From: an uncultured Halobacteriales archaeon
Lineage (GTDB): Archaea; Thermoplasmatota; E2; JACPAO01; JAHFTW01
Direction: 5' to 3'
Assembly (NCBI GenBank): GCA_964627625.1
Contig: CAZVJB010000004.1
Coordinates: 3,995-67,994 of the forward strand
DNA length: 64,000 bases
Below are positions 8,757 through 18,574 of this stretch, in pieces. The position numbers and the translations under genes were made by a program. Below the pieces are notes generated by a model. That model was not told where the DNA came from and ran no database searches. It saw nothing but the letters and a program-made list of their open reading frames with translations. Numbering within the stretch: the first letter of the stretch is position 1; every line of letters starts with the position of its first letter.

Positions 8757-8780
8757 AAAAGAATTGGAAAAGGGGAAAAG
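8757..8780 (-). terminator. oligo-pyrimidine archaeal terminator of the L1-P0-P1 operon
   Basis: CTTTTCCCCTTTTCCAATTCTTTT on minus strand just after rpl12 stop. Confidence 0.55.
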
Positions 8781-8800
8781 TGAAACTTGCCAAGCTCGGC

Positions 8801-9103
8801 CTAGCCGAACAACGCGCCAAGACCGGCGGCGGCTTCCTCTTCAGAGACGCCCTTCTCTTCGGGCTTCTCTTCGACCTTGGCGGCTGCGGCGCCAGCGGCG
8901 GGGCCGGCGGCGACTGCAACCGGCATGGCGGTGGCGTTCTTGATTGCGGCCGGGATGTCGGCGCCATCGAGGGCGGCAACAAGGGCCTTGACCTTGCCGG
9001 AGTCGGCGGTGACGCCAGCGGCCTTCAGAATGGCCGTGACGTGGGCTTCGTTGATCTCTTTCTTGGCGCTGTGCAGAAGCAGGGCGCTGTAGACGTATTC
9101 CAT
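8801..9103 (-). CDS. rpl12: 50S ribosomal protein P1 (aL12)
   Basis: [11 protein letters not shown]...[13 protein letters not shown]. Confidence 0.97.
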   Translation of the reverse strand: MEYVYSALLLHSAKKEINEAHVTAILKAAGVTADSGKVKALVAALDGADIPAAIKNATAMPVAVAAGPAAGAAAAKVEEKPEEKGVSEEEAAAGLGALFG

Positions 9104-9123
9104 GTGTGTTCAGTCCTCCTAGT

Positions 9124-10170
9124 TTATCCGAACAGCGCGCCCAATCCGGCGGCCGCTTCTTCTTCGCTGACTCCCTTCTCTTCGGGCTTCTCTTCCTCTT
9201 TCGAGGCCGAGCCGCCGGCCGAGGCGGGAGCCGCCGCGGCCACTTGGCTCAGAATCTTTACGGAGTCACCGAGGCGCTTCTTCAGCTCCTCCGTGAGGTC
9301 CGCTTCCTTCTTGCCGATGGATGCCAGAATCTTGGCGTAGTCCGCAGTAACGGTTGCTTCGACGGCTTCGTCGACCGAGAGGTTCTTCTCCATGACCAAG
9401 GCGATGGCCTGCTTGTAGGCGCGGCCCAGCAGTGCGTCTGCGGTGTCAGTGGTGATCCAGCCGGTCTGCAGCGACACTTCGCGGGCCGTGCGGACGGCGA
9501 CGCCCATCATTGCGAAGATGACGTCTTCGTCCACGGCGAGTGCGTCGGGCAGGAACAATGTGTCCTTCTCGAACGCGGCCTTGAGGTCAATCTTGAGTTC
9601 GACAGGGCGAATCTCCAGCTTGGCGAGCATGCTGGCCAATTCGGCAGATACTACCATGCCGGCCTTGACCGGTGTCGCGTCCTTCTGGATAACGACCTTG
9701 CCGCCGTCAATCTTGGCGGGGATACCGACCTTCTGCAACTCACCGACGATTGGGCCGGGGCCGAAGGGTGTCGGACCCTTGGGGACCAGGATGTCCGTCG
9801 GGCTGATTTGGCCCGCCTTCAGGGGCGCCATGGAGGCGCCGGCCTTGAGGGACTTGTACAGCTTGAAGGGGTTCTGGTTGGTGGCCAGGATGACGGACTG
9901 TCCGTGCAACTTGCCCGCGAGCGCCTCGACGCCGGGGCGGGTCTTGCCAGCTTCCTTCAGCGCGATTGCGAGAAGGCGGTTCTTGCTACCAAGGACGTGC
10001 ACGTTGCCGCGCAGGCTCTGGCGCATGGCCTGCATTTGCGGGCCCGGGATGCCGCCGACTTCGGCGACTGCAACGACGGAGGCGTCCGTGATGATTTTGG
10101 TAAGCCGCTTGACTTCGTCGTGCTTCCACGGCGCCACGTGGGCGTGGTGCAGCGTTGTTCCCTTCGTCAT
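9124..10170 (-). CDS. rplP0: 50S ribosomal protein uL10 (P0)
   Basis: VAPWKHDEV, GPTPFGPGP, acidic C-tail GLGALFG. Confidence 0.97.
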   Translation of the reverse strand: MTKGTTLHHAHVAPWKHDEVKRLTKIITDASVVAVAEVGGIPGPQMQAMRQSLRGNVHVLGSKNRLLAIALKEAGKTRPGVEALAGKLHGQSVILATNQNPFKLYKSLKAGASMAPLKAGQISPTDILVPKGPTPFGPGPIVGELQKVGIPAKIDGGKVVIQKDATPVKAGMVVSAELASMLAKLEIRPVELKIDLKAAFEKDTLFLPDALAVDEDVIFAMMGVAVRTAREVSLQTGWITTDTADALLGRAYKQAIALVMEKNLSVDEAVEATVTADYAKILASIGKKEADLTEELKKRLGDSVKILSQVAAAAPASAGGSASKEEEKPEEKGVSEEEAAAGLGALFG

Positions 10171-10820
10171 CAGACCAGCCTCACGGAGGGGCCCATGGTC
10201 GTCTTGACGTACACCGAGGCCACGTTCATCTTGCCGTGCTCGAGCTTGGATTCGACGCGCTTGAGGATCGCTTCAATGTTGTCCGCGATGTCCTCCGCGG
10301 CCATCGTCTCCAAGCCCGCGACGCAGTGGAACACCATCTTGTCCTTGGAGCGCACCTTGACGGTGTTGCGCAGGTTGTTGATGGGGCCGGCCGGGTCGGC
10401 GCCGGGGGGAATGGGGCGGGGCATCTTGCCGCGAGGGCCGAGAACGACACCGAGCGATTTGCCGATGTTGGCCATCAGGGGGGCTTCGGCCAGGAAGTAC
10501 GTCATCTGGTTGACGACGCGCTTGAACTGGCGCTTGTCCTTCTGCAGCCGCTCAAATTCGTCCGGCTGGATAACGACGTCCGCGACCTTCTTGGCCTTGG
10601 AAGCGCCGTCACCGGCCGCAAACACGCCGACTTTGGCCGGCTTGCCGCGTCCCTTCGGGAGAATGATGTCCTCGTCGATGCGGTTCTTCGGAATCGTGAG
10701 ATCCACGTTCTTGAGCATGATTGCCAAGTCCACGGTCTGCGTGAACTTGATTTCTTTCGCCTTGGCCTCGGAAAGGGCTTTGGCGACAGCTTCTACAGTG
10801 GTTTTTTCGGCGATAGGCAT
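10170..10820 (-). CDS. rpl1: 50S ribosomal protein uL1
   Basis: KFTQTVDL, LGPRGKMP, YVKTTMGP; SD GAAGGTG before ATG. Confidence 0.97.
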   Translation of the reverse strand: MPIAEKTTVEAVAKALSEAKAKEIKFTQTVDLAIMLKNVDLTIPKNRIDEDIILPKGRGKPAKVGVFAAGDGASKAKKVADVVIQPDEFERLQKDKRQFKRVVNQMTYFLAEAPLMANIGKSLGVVLGPRGKMPRPIPPGADPAGPINNLRNTVKVRSKDKMVFHCVAGLETMAAEDIADNIEAILKRVESKLEHGKMNVASVYVKTTMGPSVRLV

Positions 10821-10962
10821 CACCTTCCGCGGGGGTCCGGCACCTTGCGACGCCGTTGCGGTAACCACGCCGACACGGGAGTGCTATTTAGCGCTTTTTC
10901 CAGACGAAACAAGGGTAGGTGGCGCACTCGCTGACCGACGAACCGCGGCAAACAACAACCTC

Positions 10963-11685
10963 ATGCGCGCGCCGTCCCTTGGCGCGTTTGTGACCGAAGC
11001 CGCCGACGCCCCCGACCTCCGGTTGGAAATGCGCACCCCTCGTCCCGTGTTGTGGTTCCGTCGCCATCGCAGTGGCCGCGTCGCGTGGATTCTTCGCGCC
11101 CTGATGATTATCACGATTCTCAGTTCGTTGTGGAACCTGTACCGCGTGACCGACCAAGCGGCTGGCCTGTATGGCCTCATGGAAGAAATCCGGGACGAGG
11201 TCGTCGTCCAGAACTCGGGCGCATACCCCGCACTCATCCAGGACGCGGTGCGCCTGCTTTCGGGAACGGTGTTGTTCGCGATGATCATGGTTCTACTAGC
11301 CGTCGCCATCCTGCCGGTACGGTACGCCTTCTTGTTGTGGGCCGTGGGCGGCAGCAGTCCTGCAACGTACCGCACGCTGCGTGTCTGGTCCGTGGTCCTG
11401 ATTGCTGTTGAAGCGATGCGTTTGCTGTTCTGGCTGAGCCTCGTCGACCAGTACGAATCGATTGTCGTGACGTACACTCCTAGCCCGAATGGCATCTTGG
11501 GCCTCACCCTGTTGGGGTATTCACAAATGGGTGAGGTTCGTGAACAGTTCAACGTTTTCCGACTGAAGCAGCAGCCCATCGCAAAACCTGTGCCCAACCT
11601 TCGTGCCCCACCGCCCGATGACGGCTGGCTTCAGGAAACCGACAGCGGCGACCCGGCCCAGTCATCTTGGAAGAGCAGTGAGTAG
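10963..11685 (+). CDS. hypothetical multi-TM membrane protein
   Basis: 3' part of long ORF 9106-11685; 3-4 hydrophobic helices; start uncertain. Confidence 0.6.
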   Translation: MRAPSLGAFVTEAADAPDLRLEMRTPRPVLWFRRHRSGRVAWILRALMIITILSSLWNLYRVTDQAAGLYGLMEEIRDEVVVQNSGAYPALIQDAVRLLSGTVLFAMIMVLLAVAILPVRYAFLLWAVGGSSPATYRTLRVWSVVLIAVEAMRLLFWLSLVDQYESIVVTYTPSPNGILGLTLLGYSQMGEVREQFNVFRLKQQPIAKPVPNLRAPPPDDGWLQETDSGDPAQSSWKSSE

Positions 11686-12656
11686 CCCTGCGCCAAGTCG
11701 TAGGAGAACATGTCTCCCTCTGACAGCATGCCATTTCCGTCCGCGTCAAAGAAACTGAAGATGTCCCCGGTGTAATCCCATTGCGCGCTATCCAGGGTGT
11801 CGCTGCCAATCACGAAGCCGGAGGGGTCAAGAATCTCGAACCGCACATCCTGTAAGGGCACCCAAGCGGTCCCCAGCGTCGTCGTCGCTTCGGCAACCTC
11901 CCCGCCACGTGCGTTCATGCTGCTCGATGTCAACTGGAAAGCCAGATTTGCGGGGACGCGAGGGAGGTTACCGTCAACCTGGATGTTGGGCTTGTCGTGC
12001 GAAAAGTCCGCGACCCAGTCGTTGTCAGCATCTTGCTTGACGGTTAGTTGCAGTGGCCGATAGGGCGGCGCTCGCTCCGCAACGATGACGTTGCTACCTT
12101 CCAAAAACCGGATGACTTCGACGCCGTTCAGTAATGAGCACTCCGCATGCACGGACCCGAGGCCTGTCGCAACGTCAGCCAGGAAGTTGACGCCGGGACC
12201 GGTGTTCCCGCTGGGTGAGAACGATTTCACGAAGGTCGCGTAACGGTAGATGCTCTCGGGCCCATAATCGCGGCCGTAGCCACTTACAGTGCCTGCAAGC
12301 GAATAGAAGTCGCCGACGGCTTTGAGCGTCTCGCCGTTGGCTTGGACAAGTACGGCGCTATTGGCGGGGTCCATGCTAATCAAAACGTCCGTGGCCGTTC
12401 CATCCATTTTACCCTTCATCCGCATGGAAACGGTCTTGCCATTCATCGTCGAGAAGAACGTCTGCAAGGCATCTCCGGCCTGCTGTTTGAGCGCGGCATT
12501 GGGACAGAGCGCCTGGCTCGTCGGCGCGGGGGTTGTGATAATCGGCGCACTCGTCGTATCCGCTTCGTTGCGCTTGATGCCAACGCCGCCCCATTCAAAA
12601 CAGCCTGACGACAGGACCGAGGCCGCAACCAGAACAAAGGCCCACGCCTTGAGCAT
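11631..12656 (-). CDS. lipoprotein/secreted protein with C-terminal Dx[DN]xDG Ca-binding-like motif
   Basis: MLKAWAFVLVAASVLSSGC lipobox; FFDADGNGMLSEGD. Confidence 0.7.
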   Translation of the reverse strand: MLKAWAFVLVAASVLSSGCFEWGGVGIKRNEADTTSAPIITTPAPTSQALCPNAALKQQAGDALQTFFSTMNGKTVSMRMKGKMDGTATDVLISMDPANSAVLVQANGETLKAVGDFYSLAGTVSGYGRDYGPESIYRYATFVKSFSPSGNTGPGVNFLADVATGLGSVHAECSLLNGVEVIRFLEGSNVIVAERAPPYRPLQLTVKQDADNDWVADFSHDKPNIQVDGNLPRVPANLAFQLTSSSMNARGGEVAEATTTLGTAWVPLQDVRFEILDPSGFVIGSDTLDSAQWDYTGDIFSFFDADGNGMLSEGDMFSYDLAQGYSLLFQDDWAGSPLSVS

Positions 12657-12925
12657 GAACCCTTCCAGGCGGGTGGCATGATTTGAAGGCAGCGGCCGGC
12701 CTGATTGCCGGCGGCGCGGCCATCCTCTATGGGCGGGTCGTCTACCAATTCGAAGTGGCCCAAACACGGCGCCTTGCCGAACTGCGGGCCGCGCCGTAGC
12801 CCCGTGCGTCACACCCGAAAGCCCGCGCCCAATCGGCTCCAGCCTGGGTCAATCGGTGGAATCGCGGGCAATCGGCGGAATCGGGCTGCCGGGGGCGAGC
12901 AGAAGGCCGCCGCGCCCGGCATGCC

Positions 12926-13444
12926 CTAAACTTCCCAGGTCTCGCTTTTTTTCGGTTCGCCGATGGTGTCGATGCGCCCGCCGCCGCCCTTCATTTTACG
13001 CCCCGCGGTCAAGGTCGTTGATTCCGCAGCCGCTGCACCTGGCTGAGCCGTTCCGTTGTCGACCAGCGTCAGTTCACCCTTGGAGTGGAACGTGACAGGC
13101 TCCTTGCAGAGGCGACCGAGAAAGAGTTCGCAGGACTGAACGACTTTTTTCATGTCCATCTTGCGCTGCTCCGCCGGCGCGTCGGTCGGGTAGCCGCCGA
13201 AGTAGATGGTGAGAAATGCCTTCTCGAGCCGACGCACGAAAATGAGAGTCGATGTTGCGCGGCCCATCGTGAGGTGCGTTCCCGCATTATGCAGGACGAA
13301 CCCGGTTTCGCCGCCGTCTTGCACCTCCCAGCCCTCGAAGCCCATCTCGCGTGCCTGGAGCGGCCCCCATAAGGTCATCTTGGCATGGCGGGGCGCGCGT
13401 GCCTCCCATTTTGAGACGTATACGCCGGCATCGAGGACGTCCAT
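12926..13444 (-). CDS. hypothetical protein
   Basis: Globular-looking ORF with SD-like GGGG upstream of ATG. Confidence 0.6.
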   Translation of the reverse strand: MDVLDAGVYVSKWEARAPRHAKMTLWGPLQAREMGFEGWEVQDGGETGFVLHNAGTHLTMGRATSTLIFVRRLEKAFLTIYFGGYPTDAPAEQRKMDMKKVVQSCELFLGRLCKEPVTFHSKGELTLVDNGTAQPGAAAAESTTLTAGRKMKGGGGRIDTIGEPKKSETWEV

Positions 13445-13562
13445 GTCGTTTTCCCCTGTTAAGAACCATGCGCATGACCCATGATGAGGATTGGCAAATT
13501 GTCGTCCGTACAAACGGCTAATTTGGCGGCAAGGCGAAATAGCCTCGCGCGAGTGGAGTGAT

Positions 13563-14045
13563 ATGGCAGTCAGGTGCCCTCAGTGCTCGAACGTGTTTTC
13601 GCCCGCTCTCGGGCAACCCCCCGTATGCCCCCGGTGCGGATACGGCGGCAGCGCACCTCGCCCCCCTGCCGTGAAGAGCCAAGATCGCTTTCCGGGCCCG
13701 CCCCCGTCCACGCCGATGGCGCCCTACGGTTACCCCGTGCACAAAAAGACCAATGGCATGTCGCTCGCTGGCATGATCCTCGGCATCGTGTCCATCTGCT
13801 TGTTCTGGCTGAGCATCTTTGACATTCCGGTTGCGATTACGGGACTGGTCCTGTCTCTTATCGGCCGGGCACAAATCAAGAAGAAGCCGCATGAACTGAC
13901 CGGAAACGGCCTCGCCCTGACGGGCATCATCACGAGCATCCTGGCAATCGTCCTTATCATCATTGTCCTCATCATCGCGGTCAACCTCGTTGCCGAGCAC
14001 CAAGCGTTCTGTAGGGCCCACCCCTTCGACACGAAATGCACGTAG
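13563..14045 (+). CDS. Zn-ribbon + DUF4190 membrane protein
   Basis: CPQC..CPRCG; KTNGMSLAGMILGI...GNGLALTGII. Confidence 0.85.
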   Translation: MAVRCPQCSNVFSPALGQPPVCPRCGYGGSAPRPPAVKSQDRFPGPPPSTPMAPYGYPVHKKTNGMSLAGMILGIVSICLFWLSIFDIPVAITGLVLSLIGRAQIKKKPHELTGNGLALTGIITSILAIVLIIIVLIIAVNLVAEHQAFCRAHPFDTKCT

Positions 14046-14093
14046 GGTCAGAACGCTCCAAAGGTTCTTGCAAGACCATCCCGTCATAATGGC

Positions 14094-14825
14094 GTGGTCC
14101 TATCCGCCAAGTTCGGCAAGCCGCGCGCAGCCGCGATGGTTTTCTGGCTGTCGACTGTGACGGTCGGTGTCTACTGGTTCTACTGGGCCTACCGGAGCCA
14201 GAACGAACTGTATCGCCAATTCGAACTCAGCCGCGAAAACCGCGACGAAGGCGCCGTCTGGTTGATTTTCGGCGGTTTCCTGCCGTTTCTACGCTACATC
14301 TTTTACCACCACTACGTCGCGAACACCAGGTACCTACGCGAGCGCTTTGGCTTCGCCAAGAGCCTCAGCCCCGGCGGATTTCTGGGTTTGTCCCTCACGG
14401 CGGGCGGCATCTTCACCGCCCTTGGACTTGTTGCCGTCATCATGATTAGCAACTCGTTGGCCCGCGACCCATTTACAGGCGGCGTCATGGTGCGCGATGG
14501 CGACCTGCTTGCCATCGGCCTTGCCATTGCAGGTGTTGCGTCCTTGCAGTGGGTCGTACTCAAGTTCCTTGCCTTGCGCGCTCTGCAATCGGACGTTAAC
14601 GAGATCTGGCAGGCCTACGACGACCGGGCTCGGCAGATGCTCCCGGCGGCATTTGCGCCCGCATCACCACCTAAGGTGCCAACCGCGCGCCCGCCGTCGC
14701 TGCCAACACCGGTGAAGGGGGCGGCACCCCAAAGCGCTTCGCGGCCTGTCGCTCGGCCAACCGCCGGACTGGTGAACCGAGAAACGCGAAAGCCGGAATC
14801 GCAAGGACAAGCACCACCACGATAG
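14094..14825 (+). CDS. DUF4234-like membrane protein
   Basis: LSTVTVGVYWFYWAYR..NEL; LQSDVNEIW. Confidence 0.75.
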   Translation: MVLSAKFGKPRAAAMVFWLSTVTVGVYWFYWAYRSQNELYRQFELSRENRDEGAVWLIFGGFLPFLRYIFYHHYVANTRYLRERFGFAKSLSPGGFLGLSLTAGGIFTALGLVAVIMISNSLARDPFTGGVMVRDGDLLAIGLAIAGVASLQWVVLKFLALRALQSDVNEIWQAYDDRARQMLPAAFAPASPPKVPTARPPSLPTPVKGAAPQSASRPVARPTAGLVNRETRKPESQGQAPPR

Positions 14826-15705
14826 CGTAGCTCCAGCCTACGGCCACGTCGCAATTGCCCGCCGAACAGAATACAATCGACAGGACGACGCCGGCACCGT
14901 TGTTGAGGTAGTGCGCAAAGGCCGCCGGGAAAGCGGCAAACCAGCGAATGCGCCGATCCGAACCGGATTCCAGGATGTTGTAGAGGACCATCGACAGGGC
15001 CGAGCTTGCGCCATGGAACGCGACCCGGAACGCGTAATCCAGGTCCGACTCTTGGGAGTAGAGAAAATGCTCACTCCAACCGAATGCCGTACCGACCGCC
15101 GCTGCGACGACGACGCGGGCGATGCGCAAGCCGTTTCCTGCGGGCTGCGTGGACGCAAACGGGGACAACAACACGAGGGCCAAACCCACCTTGAAGAACT
15201 CTTCAAAGGCTGGCGCTCCCAAGGCGAGTATAATGAATGTGCTTTGGAGAATCGCAAGGCCCTGCAGTAGCGCGACGGCTGCGACCACAAGCGTCACAAT
15301 CACCTCCAAAACGGGTGACAGAAGCCCGCTTACCACGAGGGGCACGACGTATCCGAGCCCGGTCAACTGGTAGAGCAGGATGCCAAAGAAGCCGCATCCG
15401 AACAACAAAAGGGCAAACCGAGAGCTGGATTGCGTCGATGCAACCAGAAGTGGCGGACGGTGCGCCGAGGCCGATTGCGGAAAAAACGCAGCCGCCGGCA
15501 CGCTCGCATGTCGCGCGACGGACCGTGAGCCCCAGAACGCGTCGCGGTCCGCCGGGGCAAACCGTGGCACGGAAGCAATGGGAGCCTGCGCCCATGCCGC
15601 CGTCGCTGCCGCGGCTTTCCAATCACATGCAAGGCAAACCCAATGGCCCGTCCGCGCATCGGCAAACAGGGCGGCCGCGCAGCGGGGGCACGGGGGAGCA
15701 ATCAC
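14671..15705 (-). CDS. PrsW-family glutamic intramembrane protease with N-terminal Zn-ribbon
   Basis: APAFEEFFK, GTAFGWSEH, FHG, AHYLNN; CPRC..CLAC. Confidence 0.8.
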   Translation of the reverse strand: MIAPPCPRCAAALFADARTGHWVCLACDWKAAAATAAWAQAPIASVPRFAPADRDAFWGSRSVARHASVPAAAFFPQSASAHRPPLLVASTQSSSRFALLLFGCGFFGILLYQLTGLGYVVPLVVSGLLSPVLEVIVTLVVAAVALLQGLAILQSTFIILALGAPAFEEFFKVGLALVLLSPFASTQPAGNGLRIARVVVAAAVGTAFGWSEHFLYSQESDLDYAFRVAFHGASSALSMVLYNILESGSDRRIRWFAAFPAAFAHYLNNGAGVVLSIVFCSAGNCDVAVGWSYAIVVVLVLAIPAFAFLGSPVRRLAERQAAKRFGVPPPSPVLAATAGARLAP

Positions 15706-16256
15706 GGACGCTTCCCCCGACCGGTGCCAATCATGGTGAGAATCCGTTCGACCGCCGCCGCCAGGTCCGCCACTTCTCCCTTCGGCCCGACGCGGATGGC
15801 CGTGATGCCGAACCGATTCGCCGCCTCGATGTCGCGGGCCTTGTCGCCAACCATGACGGCGCGCGCCTTGTCGACCTGCCCCATGGCCGCGGCGGCGTCC
15901 TCGAGCATGCCGGGGCGCGGCTTGCGGCGGCGGCCCCACGGCAGGGTGGCGGCTTCGATGCGGTCGATGCGGCCGCCGACTGCGCGCAGATCTTCGAGCA
16001 TGCGGGCGTGGATGGCGTTGAGGCGGCGGCGGGTTAGAATCCCGGTGTTGGTCCACGGCTGGTTCGTGACCAAGCAGATTTGGACGCCTGGGCGATTCAG
16101 TTTGGCAACGGCGTCACGCGCGCCCGGGAGCCACTCAAACTGTTTTGGCGCAAGAACTCCGGGCCAGCGGTCGCGGTCGAGAACGCCGTCGCGGTCGAGG
16201 AAGATCGTGAACATCGGGGTGAGCATCGGGGCGCGCCGTCGCGACTGGGGGGTCAT
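15702..16256 (-). CDS. HAD-IIIA phosphatase (GmhB/HisB-like, lacking Zn-Cys loop)
   Basis: FLDRDGVL, VTNQ, RKPRPGML, MVGDKARD; alternative start 16226. Confidence 0.88.
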   Translation of the reverse strand: MTPQSRRRAPMLTPMFTIFLDRDGVLDRDRWPGVLAPKQFEWLPGARDAVAKLNRPGVQICLVTNQPWTNTGILTRRRLNAIHARMLEDLRAVGGRIDRIEAATLPWGRRRKPRPGMLEDAAAAMGQVDKARAVMVGDKARDIEAANRFGITAIRVGPKGEVADLAAAVERILTMIGTGRGKRP

Positions 16257-17167
16257 TCGAGGGCTCCAAGCGTCGTGCGCCGCTCGGCATACGCGTTGTG
16301 CTTGTGGATGGATTCTTCGGCTTCCGACGAAACGAAGACCCCGAGGTCGCCGAGTTTGCCGAAACGCTGCTTTGCGAGGTGGAGGGCCTCGCGGACGACG
16401 TCTTCCACGAAGCGGGGTTGCCCGTGGGCCTGCAAGACGAGGTCGCCTTCGTCACCGCGCTTGAGGAGTTCGAAGGTTGGGGCAGACAAGGAGTCCTCGC
16501 AGATATCGACGAGGTGTGCGGCCTCCACGTCGAGGTCGCCGGGAAGTTCCAGGGTCAACGTGACCTTGTTGCGCTGGTTATGCGTGATGACCGGCACGTC
16601 AGGAGGCAACTTTTTCCCTGCCGCGTTCAACGAATGGCGGACCGTTTCCATGGCGCAAGGGCAGGCGGACATACCAATGACCTCGACGCCGACGCGGCGC
16701 GTAGCGATTGGCTTGCGCTGTGCTGCCCCACGGAGCGCTTCGGCCTGGGCAAGCAAACGGTATGCTTCGACGCTGGCTTTGCCTCCCGGGTTCTTGCGGG
16801 TGAGGAAATAATCGGCGGCGGCGTGGACCTCGGCGTGGCTTGCATAATCATGGCGTTCCAGCAGCCGCAGCGCGAGGCGGCGGCACAGATTCTCCAGACT
16901 GGGCGCTTCCCCTTGAATCTCTTCGTCCAGGATGTCGGCAAGCGCTTCGAGGTTGCGGCTCATGTGCGTGCCTTTCTGCGTCTTTGGCAAGTCGACGAAG
17001 AGGTCGAAAGTGGCAACCACGCCATGGGGCTTCATCTTGGGGCGGTGGACCGTGACCGGTTTCTTGACGCCGCGCACGCCGACACGTGTCAGGGCAAATG
17101 GGCGCGGGCTCCTGCCGGCCTGGACGTCGGGGGCCCCCGTCGTTGCCTTCGCGGTCTTGTGCGCCAC
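16253..17167 (-). CDS. mptA: GTP cyclohydrolase MptA/FolE2 family
   Basis: PDVQ, KGTHMSR, GMSACPCA, THNQR, FVEDVVR, EESIHKHNAYA. Confidence 0.95.
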   Translation of the reverse strand: MAHKTAKATTGAPDVQAGRSPRPFALTRVGVRGVKKPVTVHRPKMKPHGVVATFDLFVDLPKTQKGTHMSRNLEALADILDEEIQGEAPSLENLCRRLALRLLERHDYASHAEVHAAADYFLTRKNPGGKASVEAYRLLAQAEALRGAAQRKPIATRRVGVEVIGMSACPCAMETVRHSLNAAGKKLPPDVPVITHNQRNKVTLTLELPGDLDVEAAHLVDICEDSLSAPTFELLKRGDEGDLVLQAHGQPRFVEDVVREALHLAKQRFGKLGDLGVFVSSEAEESIHKHNAYAERRTTLGALE

Positions 17168-17252
17168 GCCGCGTGCAGAGTCAGCCTCGATTTAGAGGGA
17201 ACGCAGGCGGCTGACGTTCCGCAAGACCCAAACCAGAGTTGGCCGCGCGCGC

Positions 17253-17993
17253 CTACCTGAGGCCCGGCTTGACGGCTTTGGGCGGAATGACGCCCGGATG
17301 GTACGGCAGGAAAACCGGCGTCCCCGGCGGCGGCGTGACGCGGGGGTTGAGGCCGGGCACTAGCGGCGGCGCGGGTTTGGTGTGGGCAAGGTGCGCCATG
17401 CCTTCGCGGTTGAACAGGAAGCCGTTGAGGCGGACCCGCACCTGCTGCCATTCGGGGTCAATGATGGAATACACGAATGCGTCCCGGATGAAGCCGTCCA
17501 CCAGAATCCGCTCGCTGCGCATCATTCCTTCACGGACGGCACCAATGCGGTCGAGGGCGCGGATGCCCGCTTCGTTGCGTGTGTCAACCTTGAATTGGAC
17601 GCGGACGGCCTTCATCGTCTCAAACGCATGCGTGAAGAGCAGGAGTTTGGCCTCTGTATTGGCCGGCGTCTTGCGGTGCGACTTCGCAAGCCAAGTGTGG
17701 CCAATCTCGATGCGATGGTGCCGCGTCGATATGCCGAACATCGCGGTGCAGCCAAACGCCTTTTTCGTCCTTGCGTCGCGCTGGAGGAACGGGAGCGCTG
17801 TCCCCTGTGCCCTTTCCTCTAGCCGACGTCCAATCCAGGCGGCAAGGTCAGCCTTGCTAGACTCCATGCCAGGCGCTAGGTGTTGGAACAGGCCGGGCTC
17901 AACCGCGTCGGGCCACAACTCGTTGACGTGTGTCAGGCGCAGAGGCTCGAGGATGACATGGCTGCCTACGAGGGTCACCTCACGCAGCTGCAT
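17253..17993 (-). CDS. GNAT N-acetyltransferase (RimJ/RimL-like)
   Basis: EIGHTW, NTEAKLLL, RVQFKVDTRN, EGMMRSE. Confidence 0.9.
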   Translation of the reverse strand: MQLREVTLVGSHVILEPLRLTHVNELWPDAVEPGLFQHLAPGMESSKADLAAWIGRRLEERAQGTALPFLQRDARTKKAFGCTAMFGISTRHHRIEIGHTWLAKSHRKTPANTEAKLLLFTHAFETMKAVRVQFKVDTRNEAGIRALDRIGAVREGMMRSERILVDGFIRDAFVYSIIDPEWQQVRVRLNGFLFNREGMAHLAHTKPAPPLVPGLNPRVTPPPGTPVFLPYHPGVIPPKAVKPGLR

Positions 17994-18052
17994 TTCGGCT
18001 GGGAAGTCGCTGGCCACGACGGCGGCGACGGATAAGGGTTGAATAGGTTTTG

Positions 18053-18283
18053 TCAGGGGGCGGCGGCCTGACCCGTGGGTTCCGCCGCAATCTTTGCCAA
18101 CGAATAGATGCCAAGCAGGAGGAACGTGGCATCGAGCAGAACATCCCACGCCAGGTCCATCGCGACAGGGTTGTGCTTGGACACGAGGTTGCGGAGTTCG
18201 CCCTTCTCTTCGGGCGTGGCTTGGCCGCGTTCGGCGCGGGCTGCAATCACGCCGACGCGCTCCATATCATTCTTGGTCATCAT
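18053..18283 (-). CDS. small helical hypothetical protein (cassette gene B, copy 1)
   Basis: SD GGAGG; paralog of 40310-40519. Confidence 0.7.
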   Translation of the reverse strand: MMTKNDMERVGVIAARAERGQATPEEKGELRNLVSKHNPVAMDLAWDVLLDATFLLLGIYSLAKIAAEPTGQAAAP

Positions 18284-18527
18284 GTTGAGCCTCCGATTCG
18301 AAGTCAGCCGCCTGGCGCCGACCTTTGAAACCCACGACGTCCATTTCCGTCTCCAACTTCGTCATGCGCAAGTCTAGCCTATGAACATTGGCCTCCAGGC
18401 GCCGAAACTGCTCGCTTTTCTCCTTCCGGTGGTCAAGGCGGCGCTGAGCCGCCCAGGTGGCAATACCACCCAGCAAGGCGCCAGCCGCGGCTGCGGCCAG
18501 GGAAATGGACCATGTCTCGAAATCCAC
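18267..18527 (-). CDS. small TM + coiled-coil protein (cassette gene A, copy 1)
   Basis: N-terminal Gly/Ala TM, VHRLDLRMTKLE..GFKG; paralog of 40523-40723. Confidence 0.7.
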   Translation of the reverse strand: MDFETWSISLAAAAAGALLGGIATWAAQRRLDHRKEKSEQFRRLEANVHRLDLRMTKLETEMDVVGFKGRRQAADFESEAQHDDQE

Positions 18528-18574
18528 AGGCCACGCAGGCAAGTTGCGGCGATCAAGCCTGCCCAGGGGCCGGC

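Noticed and set aside
8801..9200. Identical C-terminal peptides of P0 and P1 as a duplication event
   Set aside because: Normal feature of archaeal stalk proteins
9106..10962. 5' part of 859-aa plus-strand ORF
   Set aside because: Antisense shadow of rplP0/rpl1
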